DNA from: Macrostomum lignano
Lineage: Eukaryota
Direction: 5' to 3'
DNA length: 64,000 nucleotides
Assembly (NCBI GenBank): GCA_002269645.1
Contig: NIVC01000024.1
Coordinates: 682,001 to 746,000, forward strand
Shown here: positions 12,901 to 24,900 of the stretch, in pieces
Layout: every line of letters begins with the position of its first letter
How positions within the stretch are numbered: the stretch's first letter is position 1
The notes under the pieces: model-generated
What the model was told of the DNA's origin: nothing
Databases searched by the model: none
The model's input: only the letters and a program-made list of their open reading frames with translations
Program-made: the position numbers and the translations under genes

Positions 12901-15900
12901 CAGGCTCCTCCTCACGCTTCTCATCACCAACCGAAGGTGCAGGCTCCTCCTCACGCTTCTCATCACCAACCAAAGGTGCAGGCTCCTCCTCACGCTTCTC
13001 ATCACCAACCGAAGGTGCAGGCTCCTCCTCACGCTTCTCATCAACAACAGCGGGTGCAGGCTCCCCCTCACGCTTCTCATCAACAACCGAAGGCGCAGGC
13101 TCCTCCTCACGCTTCTCATCACCAACCGAAGGTGCTGGCTCCTCCTCACGGTTCTCATCAACAACAGCGGGTGCAGGCTCCTCCTCACGCTTCTCATCAA
13201 CAACCGAAGGCGCAGGCTCCTCCTCACGCTTCTCATCTACAACCGAAGGTGCAGGCTCCTCCTCACGGTTCTCATCAACAACCGAAGGTGCAGGCTCCTC
13301 CTCATGCTTCTCATTAACAACAGCGGGTGCAGGCTCCTCCTCACGCTTCTCATCAACAACCGAAGGTGCAGGCTCCCCCTCACGCTTCTCATCAACAACC
13401 GAAGGTGCAGGCTCCTCCTCACGCTTCTCATCAACAACAGCGGGTGCAGGCTCCCCCTCACGCTTCTCATCAACAACCGAAGGTGCAGGCTCCTCCTCAC
13501 GCTTCTCATCAACAACAGCGGGTGCAGGCTCCTCCTCACGCTTCTCATCAAAAAAAGCGGGTGCAGGCTCCTCCTCACGGTTCTCATCAACAACAGCGGG
13601 TGCAGGCTCCTCCTCACGCTTCTCATCAAAAGCATCCTTAATATTCGTATCTCTTTGATTACTAATCTCCCCACCCAAATCGCATGCTTTTGCTGAGTTC
13701 AAACAATCAAACTGTTCAGTCTGTTGTGAGAGACCGTCAGCTGACTCGGCTGAACTCGGATTGGCAGCAACAGGTGGCGGCTTCAAAGTGAATCAGGGCG
13801 GGAAAAGTTCAAACAATAGAGTATTATGTAGTTGCAAATTGTGATGGTAAAGTACAAGTGTACAAGTGTACAAGTGTACAAGAAAGTTGGGGACCCTTTT
13901 AAATGGGCTCGGAATACTAACAAGCAGTTAGCACTAAACATGAAAGTAAATTATGAAAGAGTATCTATTGAATTCTGACTAGACTTCAAATGCACAGGCT
14001 TCAATAACGAAAACTAAACTCACCTCATTAGAAATTTGCTCAGTATTGTTTGCGTCTTCATCATCCTGAAGTGGAGCAGAATCAACAGGCTCTTCTTGGA
14101 CAGAGTCGCCATTGACAGGTTCTGTTGTCTTTGACAATGCGGCAGTTTCAGCAGTGGTAGCAACAGTTTCGCCAGCAGTTTCATTGGCAGCTTCATTGCC
14201 GACAGCTTCAGTAGCGGTAGTTTCTACAGCAACGGAATCGGCAGCGGCAGCTTCGGCAGCGGCAGTTTCAGTGGCGGCAGCTTCGTTGGCGGCAGCTTCG
14301 GCAGCAGCAGCTTCAGCGGCGGCAGCTTCGGAAGCAGCAGCTTCAGCGGCGGCAGCTTCGGAAGCAGCAGCTTCAGCGGCGGCAGCTTCGGCAGCAGCGG
14401 CTTCGGCGGCGGCAGCTTCGGCAGCAGCAGCTTCAGCGGCGGCAGCTTCGGAAGCAGCGGCTTCGGCGGCGGCAGCTTCGGAAGCAGCGGCTTCGGCGGC
14501 GGCAGCTTCGGAAGCAGCGGCTTCGGCGGCGGCAGCTTCGGCAGCAGCAGCTTCCTTGGCGGCAGCTTCGGCAGCAGCAGCTTCAGCGGCGGCAGCTTCT
14601 TTTTTCTTGGCTTCTTCGATACGCTGAAGAAGTAAAAACACGATATAAACACGATTAAAATTCGTAATATGCTACTTCTAATATAAGTAATGAAAGTAGA
14701 GCGCTATAAATTGAAATTCTTGCCTTCTGCTCCTCTTGCTTCTTCTTGAATTCAACCCGAGCACGGTGGCCTTTGAAGCCGGCTTGGATTTTAGCGGCCG
14801 CATCCTCTTTCTGCTGCTGCGTCGGCCCTTCAATGATTAGCTGCACAATGGGAGTTTGAGAGAGAGCGATGAATAATCCGATTATTAATTTATTAATAAT
14901 AATTCATTAAAGATTGCAAAACTGCGTGGGAAAGAGAACTTTAAAGAAAAAAATCAGTCTATTGCGAAAAAAATTGCGCACATAACGCAACTTTACTAGC
15001 ATTTTATAAGTAATAAAATGACTAAATGCTGAAGCTCAATGCAAACTTTAACTTTTCCATTTTTTAAATGAGAAAAAAACACGATAAACGACTTGTGCGC
15101 GCAAGACAGTTAAAACAGTTCACGCGTCTGCAACTTGAATCAGAAGCCGGGTTGTCACTTGTCACAGAGGAACTGCGCGTCTTTTAAGAAGCCCTACTTC
15201 GAGGACTTCAAAAGAACGGAGGAACGAAGTGTCCTGTCTACCCATTGTAGAGGGTAGCAGTGGCGCCCTACGTTTATTAGTCATAGATAATGGGGGGGTA
15301 GCAGTGGCGCTCCACTTCAGTCATAGATAATTGGGGGTAGCAGTGGCGCTCCACTTCAGTCATAGATAATTGGGGGTAGCAGTGGCGCTCCACTTTAGTC
15401 ATAGATAATTGGGGGTAGCAGTGGCGCTCCACTTCAGTCATAGATAATTGGGGGGTAGCAATGGTGCCCTACATTCATTAGTCATAGATAATTGGGGGGT
15501 AGCAATGGTGCCCTACATTCATTAGTCATAGATAATTGGGGGGTAGCAATGGTGCCCTACATTCATTAGTCATAGATAATTGGGGGTAGTAGTGACGCTC
15601 CACTTTAGTCATAGATAATTGGGGGTAGCAGTAGTGCTCCACTTCAGTCATAGATAATTGGGGGGTAGCAATTGTGCCCTACATTCATTAGTCATAGATA
15701 ATTGGGGGTAGTAGTGACGCTCCACTTCAGTCATAGATAATTGGGGGTAGCAGTGGCGCTCCACTTCAGTCATAGATAATTGGGGGTAGCAGTGGCGCTC
15801 CACTTCAGTCATAGATAATTGGGGGTAGCAGTGGCGCTCCACTTCAGTCATAGATAATTGGGGGTAGCAGTGGCGCTCCACTTCAGTCATAGATAATTGA

Positions 15901-18900
15901 GGGTAGCAGTGATGCCCCACCTAGTCAGCCGCCCTGCTGCTAGCTAAATTGCCTGAATCCGAAGTAATTAATCGTTACATAAAACATTTCCCAAGCGAAC
16001 CTGCATTCGCTCCTCCCGATCGTGACACTCTTTGTGCGCCTCCTCCTCTCTTATTTTGCGCTCGTGAAACCAATTAGAAAATTTCACGGGCGACACAACG
16101 GTGGACGGCGGCGAGAACTGCCTGGGTAAGCTTCTGGCATTGGCCAAGAAGCCGGGACTAAGAGGCAGCTTGGCCGGCGGCAGGGCCTGAACGCGCAGCG
16201 GCGACGGGCGGGTCGGCTTCGGTGGAGCTGACAAAGGCGGCGAAGTCGGCGACGACGAATCGGTGGCGTCGCCGCGCTCCGAGTCCTGGACTTCGCCATT
16301 GGCAGCAGACGCTGGCCTCGGTGACAGATACTGCTGCTTCAGCGTGTTCCATCTGTCGTTGTAGCTGTCTCTGTCGTAGCGTTTGAGAAAGTCGTAGCGA
16401 CCAAGTGTGGCCGCTTTGCGCACGCCAATAGAACCCGGCTGTTGTTGTTGCTGCTGTTGCTGTTGTTTCGCCACTGGCGCTTCCTGGTGCAAACTCTGCG
16501 CTCTTGCTACTGTTATTGTTTCAGTTACAGGAGCCGGCTCAGCGTTGGAATCTGCTTTTGGAGCAGCAACGGCAACTTGTTGTTGCGGTTTGCTATTATT
16601 AGTCGAAGCTGCTGCAGATGCCGACTGCGGCTGAGGCTTTGCAGGTGTCTCCTGATCGTCGCCAGCTCCTTTTTGTGCCCGATCGATCGGCTGTTTGGAG
16701 TCGTGCTTTGTTTTCTTTTTTCGACGTCCAAAGCAGCCCAACATTTTAATTTTATTTTTTCACTAGGCTTGTAATGTAACTATTTAGTATTTGAACTGAC
16801 GCTGCAAGCAGTTGTTGCAATTGCAATAGATAGGCAAGCGCCGCCTTTGACAAATCTTTCTAGTGGAAAATGCGGTGCCAGAATGAATCGGTTATTCAGA
16901 GAAAGAGAGAGAGAGAGCTTGCCTTCTCTTCAGTTTTGTTAAGTGTACGCGCACACAGACAGGAGTCACCCCTCTCCAACTCTATTATTAGTGCTTTGTA
17001 TAAAGAGGAATAAGGGGGGTTGGAGCTTTTGGGGTTTGTGTTGGGACCCTCTCTACCCCGAGGTTTCTCTCTCTCTGTTCTCTGCAACTAAAGGGACCCC
17101 CACGGGAGACGAATGGTTTATTCAGGCCCGGTCTGCGTACATTGCTTAATAAACTTGTCTAAGAGTGGGGGTGGGTGCAATGGGGTGGGGGTCGGGTATG
17201 AACACTGGGGGCCTCTAGCGCCCTCCAGTCAGTCCCTCCAATTAAAATATGCAGAATTCCTCTCCTTTACGGTCAGTTTAACCAACCAAACCACTTAATG
17301 TTAAACAGGCATAAAATTAACTGAGTTCAACCGTTATGTTACAATTTTAATAAAACTCATTAGTTCGTATTATTCCAGAGTGATTGATACCCTATTGCTT
17401 TCTGCTGTTTTTTTGTGTTTCGCCCCTCAGACTTCATGTACATGTGGCTATTAAAGCTCAGCTACTGCTACTGTAATTGTAATACTGAGATCTGCAAAAT
17501 TGAGTAAACATTCAACAGTTCACAAAAACAAGAGTCTTGGAGACAAGGTCTGAAGTCTCAGCTAGAAAGAAATAAAGAAAAATATAGTGTCTAGTGGGCC
17601 TTAAGCTGCCCGCCCCATAGATAATTTGTAAGTCCAAATCCAGTCGTAAACGCCGCCAGAAAACCTCTTCACACGCGAAACAGTTTAGCAGCATTGTGGT
17701 ATCGGGGGCTAATCTGATTTATTAGATAAGAAATAAATAGCTAAGCACAAGCACCACCCTCACTCTCAAACCCTGATAAACACGACGCATCTGCTGTTCC
17801 AGAGACGCGAGAGTTAAGGGTGGGATAGAGGGGGTCTCAGCAACGCTCGACAGGCCGCACAAAACAATCGCAATCGCAAGAATTCGAACAGAAATCTAAG
17901 ACAGACAGGCGCGTTTCCGTCTTGCACTTGGGGCCGCAGAGTGTTCAGTGTTTCCTTAACTTGATTATTTCACCAAACCTCCAAGCCAGTCCACAATGCA
18001 CACTTGCCCTCAACCAGAAACGTTACACGACTCTCTGCCTTCCTGTTTCTGCACACGACGCAGTTCGATAGCAAAGCAAATGGAAAACCAAGAAGAGATC
18101 GGGGCAGTAAGAGAAAGGGGGGGGGGGGTGAAATCTAGAGTCAAAGGTTCGAGTGGCATTGGCGCAGTAAAGCCAACCGACCGCCAATGTTACCAAGCGT
18201 CAAAGTAGCATGAAGCATTAGGCTCCATTTGAGCTCCGAACAAATAGCCGAATGTGTGGATGACGCGTGTCACTTTATGAAAAGCATGAAACCGCAACAT
18301 AGCCGGTTCAGACTTCTGATTAGTCAGATATGTACTGCCTTCTGTACGAGCGCATGACACACAAAATATCTGCACACTTCCTTCTTCACGGCACTACATG
18401 TAAACTTGCAAAAACACCGTGCGTAGTGTACGACAACTCAATATAAACATTTGACAACAATATCTCGTAATCTCGTAATAAAAGCCAGAAATCCTATCCA
18501 TTGAAATTACAGATTTAATCCTGACTGATAGGTAGGAGCTTAGCCATGGATTTTCTATTTTCCATTTCCAGGGGCGCCAGCACCAGGGGCGCCAGCACCA
18601 GGGGCGCCAGCACCAGGGGCGCCAGCACCAGGGGCGCCAGCACCAGGGGCGCCAGCACCAGGGGCGCCAGCACCAGGGGCGCCAGCACCAGGGGCGCCAG
18701 CACCAGGGGCGCCAGCACCAGGGGCGCCAGCACCAGGGGCGCCAGCACCAGGGGCGCCAGCACCAGGGGCGCCAGCACCAGGGGCGCCAGCACCAGGGGC
18801 GCCAGCACCAGGGGCGCCAGCACCAGGGGCGCCAGCACCAGGGGCGCCAGCACCAGGGGCGCCAGCACCAGGGGCGCCAGCACCAGGGGCGCCAGCACCA

Positions 18901-21900
18901 GGGGCGCCAGCACCAGGGGCGCCAGCACCAGGGGCGCCAGCACCAGGGGCGCCAGCACCAGGGGCGCCAGCACCAGGGGCGCCAGCACCTGCTTGGCTAG
19001 CGCCAAGGGCCCCAAAGCTGCTGCAAGTGGTGCCACACTCGTATGCATTTTCAAAGTCATCCATAGTCCCTTTAATCCCCAACTTGGCTACGCCCCTGCC
19101 GATAGTAATCCTGGTATTTATCTTGCCAAAATGCCGGATTTAGAGGCCAAATCATGCGGATCCCGGGAATGAATGAATGCCTGGTATGATGCTATGCCAG
19201 CATGTCTTGACCAAAATGATCCAAAGCTACGCTAAACCCCATAGTTCTGTGGAGTTTTGTTTTCCAAGACTGCTGCAGCTACTTGCGACTAAGTCCAAGG
19301 CTGAAGCCAGCACGTCACTCAACATTAGCACCTCCATGGGTATAGGAAATTGCCAGTGCAATGAAAATGAAAATGGCAACAAAGACGAACTCTAAGGCAC
19401 TATGAAGGCTACCCATCGAGAAGAGAGAAAGGCGAATGGAGACAAATCACATCGTATTGTACAGTTACGACTGTGCATCGCTAATCATTGCAGTAGTCTG
19501 ATTCTCGCGCCACGACCCCTAAAATTCGCCAAGATTTGTCGCGCCAGCCCCCAAGGCACACAGAGTGTACATGCCTGCCTGACGATTAGGAAGTCAAAAG
19601 GCCGCTGTACGAGCTACATCCTGTGTGAGCGTGTGTATGAGTGCGTGCCTGCATACAGAATTGGCGTGCTTGCATGTGCCCAGGAGGTTGCTTCTTTTGC
19701 TAATCTGCTACTCCACTAATCGGAAAAAAACAAATTAAACCCACTAGTCACGAAGCATAGACAAATTATAAGGAAATAAATGCTGATTGAACATGCACAA
19801 AAAGTAGTATGATAGTAGTATGTTCAAGGACAACATCGAGTTTTGGCTATGAAATTTGAACTGACTGAATTTACTTCGTTATTTTTTATAACTGTTCTGT
19901 ATAACTAAAAGTACATTTGTTTAGGTTTTCTAGCATAAGACTTTACGTTAAGTCTCCATAATCAGAAAACCATGCTAGCGAATGCTGGAAACAGACAGCG
20001 GTTTATGCCTAATAGCTCGTACACAACCACAAACACATTGAAATCAGCGAGTAAAGCCAGGGTAATAAAAGTACATACTACAACGGCTGTACTACTAAAG
20101 AGTGTGTAGCTACAGACTAATCAAGCAAGCGCACTTCCTTATTATCGTTCGGTCTCCCCCAAACACTGTAGACGCGGAAATTTCACTTAGGCACTGATGG
20201 GCGCGTATCGGAGATTTTTGCAGCTAAAAAAAAGTTTGCCTTAAAACACGCGAAAACATCGGGACGAGGATTGCGGAAAATTTCCCACAGTGAAGATGCA
20301 GAGTGGATACTGATTAGGGAAACAACACTTACCGCTTCATCTGCGGCGAGACTGGAATCTTTAACGCTAGAATCAGTGTCGACTGGAGGTGGGTCAGAAG
20401 CAGACAGCGGTAGTTCAGAGGTGCACCCCATCGACAGAGGAATGTTGTTGCCTTCCAACTTGTCAGTCGAAGCTGTCTCCGCCACAAAATTGGCTCCATT
20501 AGACGGACTTGGTCCCTGGGCCTCTGGGAACACTTTCACTGCAGAATTATCAGACCCAGCGCATGCGCTGTCTGCACTTTCCTCCAAGTCAATTTGTCCA
20601 TAGGTTTCCTTGGGCGCGGCAATCTTCGATTTGTCTTTCTCTGCACAAAAGCTTTCGTCGCCAAGTGCAGACGAAACGTCAGCCAATCTGTCAGTTGGCT
20701 CGTGTCCTATTGCTGTATCGTCTTGTCCAAATGCTTCATCACTGCCTTGGCAACGGTTTAAGTCTGATTCAGATGACCGAGTTGTGTTGGAAACATCCGC
20801 TATCAAAAGTTCATTGCCTAGTTTTTCTTGGTCTTTTAATCCCGAATTTGGTGTATTCGAGTTAACTGTCGACGCATTATTCAACTCAGTACTATTGGAT
20901 ACAAGCTGCTGTAACCCCAGGTTGTCAGAAATTTGATGCAGCTCTGATCTCTCCTCAGTAGCTCTTGGTTCGGTTTTTCTCGCAATGGGGCTTCCCACAA
21001 TGTTTTGCGCGCTGGCAGTCTCTGTTTGCTCAGCAGCGGTGCTGTCAGCTACGGACTGCTGCTCTGCTTCGGTGCTATGCTGACCTGCAACTGTGCTGTC
21101 AGCTACGGACTGCTGCTCTGCTTCGGTGCTATGCTGACCTGCAACTGTGCTGTCAGCTACGGACTGCTGCTCTGCTTCGGTGCTATGCTGACCTGCAACT
21201 GTGCTGTCAGCTACGGACTGCTGCTCTGCTTCGGTGCTATGCTGACCTGCAACTGTGCTGTCAGCTACGGACTGCTGCTCTGCTTCGGTGCTATGCTGAC
21301 CTGCAACTGTGCTGTCAGCTACGGACTGCTGCTCTGCTTCGGTGCTATGCTGACCTGCAACTGTGCTGTCAGCTAATGGCTGATGACGTGTAGCTGTGCT
21401 GTCAGCTGATGGCTGCTGACGTGTAGCTGTGCTGTCAGCTGATGGCTGCTGATCTGCAACTGTGCTGTCAGCTGATGGCTGCTGATCTGTAGCTGTGCTG
21501 TCAGCTGATGGCTGCTGATCTTTAGCTGTGCTGTCAGCTACGGGTTGCTGCTCTGCTTCAGTGCTGTCAGCTACGGGTTGCTGCTCTGTTTCAGTGCTGT
21601 CAGCTACGGGTTGCTGCTCTGTTTCAGTGCTGTCAGCTACGTTTTGCTGCTCTTCGTCATAGCTTTTACTTGCGACCACATCACTGTTCGAAATTGTCAG
21701 ACTCTTATCTTTAGGAATTGCAACAACATCTGGAGTCAAAGCTCTAACCTGTAGCATTAAACCAGCCATATCTTGATCATACACTTCAGTATCTGCCTCA
21801 GGCTCCAAATTGCCTTCATCAGATTGCGGAAGCGCGGGAAAGTCGCTAATTTCAGCGTCCGATGCTTCTCCATCAGCAACAGTATCGACTTCAAGAGGAC

Positions 21901-24900
21901 TGACCATCTCGAATTCATCCTCAGATGAAATAGGAGATACAATTTCAGCGGTTTCGGGATCATGTTTTTTCGAAGTATCCTCCTTTTGGCTGGGCGGTTC
22001 AGAGGTTGTAGACTTTTCTTCTGTGGGGCAAGCAACGACTTTTGGGAAATCATCTTTTTCAGAGCAGGCTTTTCGCTGCAGGGCGTCTGCATCAACAGTA
22101 TCCATGGTAGTAGTATTGGGGTCAATTTTAGCTTTTTGACATTCAGAAGTATTATTATCAGCATCTCCAGTTGGAGTTGGTAGTTCATCGCATTCTAACA
22201 CGTCGTCACGATTCGAGTCTGAACGTTGAGAAAGTTTTAGTTTTTTCGAGGAACTTCTAGATGATATTTCCACGGGTGGCCTTGGATGTTCCACTTGATT
22301 ATCAGAGCTTTCAGAGGCTTCTGCTTGGGCTTCTGAAGTATTATCTGTTGTTGTTTCTGTCTCTATTGCAATTACATCTTTATTCGTTGCAAGTAGGGCC
22401 TCATCCAAGGGTCTTCCGAATTGTGACATAGGCGTCTCAGCAATCGTATGAGCAGAGGTAGCTGGCATCACAGCCTGAATAGCACTCTCAGTGGTGCTAT
22501 AATTAGATGGCGGATTGTCGGACTTACTGAAGGCACCAGGCGTAGCTTTGACAGCTGCTTTGGAGGGAGAAGATTTAGCCGAAGTAGCGTCGCCCCATTG
22601 CAAGTCGATTGCATATTTGGACTCGTCGTTAAGCAACTCCCGCCTTAGCTTCTTCTTTAAACTTGGGTCTTTTGTGATGAGCCCTTTTGTATTTGTACGG
22701 CTCTCTGACGCGACAACCGATGAACTGGTCGGATTTGTTAGTCCAAAATTTGAACTGCAGCTCACCTGCTGATGCTGTGCAACGTTGCCATAATATCTCC
22801 TGTCGGGGAATCTGCTTGGCACCTGAAGGCGGTTAGCGGGCCCAACAGCTGCCTTCTTTCTGGGCTTCCCAGGGGGCCGAAGGTCCATGACAACGTCGTC
22901 GAAGATGCGGTCAAGCGAACGGTATGACTGTTCCTCTCCGCCTGCCGGTGCAATAGCGCTGTCGATGTTGCGCAGGTCCAGCGAATCCGGCAACTGGTCT
23001 AGACCGCCAACCTCGAGACAGTCGCGGTCGAGCTCCGAGCCGATGCTTGATTCTTCAACGAACCTCAGCGTGTCAAATTGATCGCTCCGACCGACTAATA
23101 AATCGGCGGCATCGATCAGATTGCTCAACGAGCCGTCCGGTGGCGAAGCTGACGAATCGGACTCTTCGCTACGTCCGCCAAGTGTGCCTTCGTCATCTGA
23201 GTCATCATCGACTTCGACTTGCTCCGGAAGCTGGGCTGGCTGCTCTGCTGTTGATAAGCGCCGTGTGGCCGTCTCTGCTTGGTCCAACTCCTCTGCCGGT
23301 GCGTCTAGCAGCTCGGGCGCGGAGAAACTGGCCCGAATGCCGGAGCCCTCGCTGACACCGGGGCCATCACCGCTGGCTCTCCGCTTCCTACGCAACTGAA
23401 CTGGCGGATCCAAAGCTGAGCCGCCTGGCGCATCTGATGCCCGCTGCAACTGTGGTCGGTCTGGCGGTCCTGACGGCTGGCTTTGAGAAAGACGGTGTTG
23501 ACTCTGCTGCGAGGTTGATCGGCGAATGCCAAGCAGACTACCGATGCCTTTGAAGAAAGACTGCATGTCTGCCCTGCAGGCCGTATAGGGACAGATTCTA
23601 GCGGGAAAGACTTTCGACTGGACGGTGTTAAACTGTTATGTTCCAACCAAATTTAGGAGCCCGACTGACGTCAAGATCCAAATTTCAAACCTTGGGGTGC
23701 CACTCGGAATGCGTGTTTATTGGATGGGAGTGGGCGAAAAGCGTGTGGAGTCTAATCAGGGTAAGAGATCAGAGCGGCTCGTCTAGCCGGAGCACTGCAG
23801 GGAGCGGACGGCAAGGCTTAAACCGCGCAGACAGCTTTCTTTAATTCCGCTCTTATTACTATAGTCGTATAGTACTATACTACTACTAAGGCAGTTGCGT
23901 CTTAAAGACAGAGGCTTAGTGCGGCTTCAGATCTAGCCAAGCAGCCCCTCGTTCTCCTGCTTTTGCCAGCCAGGTTTTGGGGTGCAATCAGAAAGGAGAG
24001 AGTGGAAGGTACGCGACAGGAGAAGGAAGCTGAATAGCAGAGGATGAAGGAAATGCGGGTGGATGCGGGGAGGAATGAGGGGCCCTAGCCCTCTCAGCAG
24101 GGGATGTTGTGATTGGAAAGCGAATGAAGGATACTTGCAGCATCTCGCCCTCTCCATCTGGACCCGACCCTGGCCCAGTCTGTTGTCCGGTGAAACTCGC
24201 TCCCGGCCAGCTTTTTGGCTCCAGCAAAAGTCAGCTCTGTTGGGCGCGCAGCTCCGACATATGCTGCGCAGATCCTCCGGACCTGCCTCCATGCAGCGGT
24301 GGCGCCCCAGCAACTGCGGAGACCCTCCTGATCGGCAGCGCATAGCGACCACCATCTCCCTCCTTCATTTTGGGGCTGTCAAGGTCTTTGAAAAACACAG
24401 GATGAAAATTCGAAGTGTGAATATGAGGTCTTAATTCTGTGCATAACTTTTCAGCCACCTTGTCAGGCAGACATTCCATTTTTTTAGTCTAAGAATTCAA
24501 GTCCATTCGACTGACCGAGGTTTGAATTCCTCCTGGCACTGCAAAAGGATTAGCTATGAAGTAGAATACTAAATCAATGCCCTAAAACTCGAGCATATTC
24601 AGATTGCCGCTGCAGTTTGACACCAAGCTGTGTATACAATGCCAGGCAAAGCGATAAAGATTATCAGGGCGAATTTGGCTTACGTACCCTTTTGTTCGCT
24701 GCTGCTGGCGATGCTGCGGAATCCTCATCAGCAGCAGCAGCGGCTCTGGCCTCATCATTTACAGTCGGGCCATTTCTGAAGCGGTACGACGGGGAGAGAA
24801 ATTGTTTTTCAGCCTGACAGTTCCAACTTCACTGCTGCCTCGCAATAAAATCATAATAAAAGCAGACGAATTCATCGAACTTCGCGCATAATATAACATT

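Noticed and set aside
12262-13696. Alternative-frame ORFs (MRSVRRSL.., QAPPHASH..)
   Set aside because: Shadow frames of the 39-bp coding repeat; only the EEPAP frame has matching splice phases.
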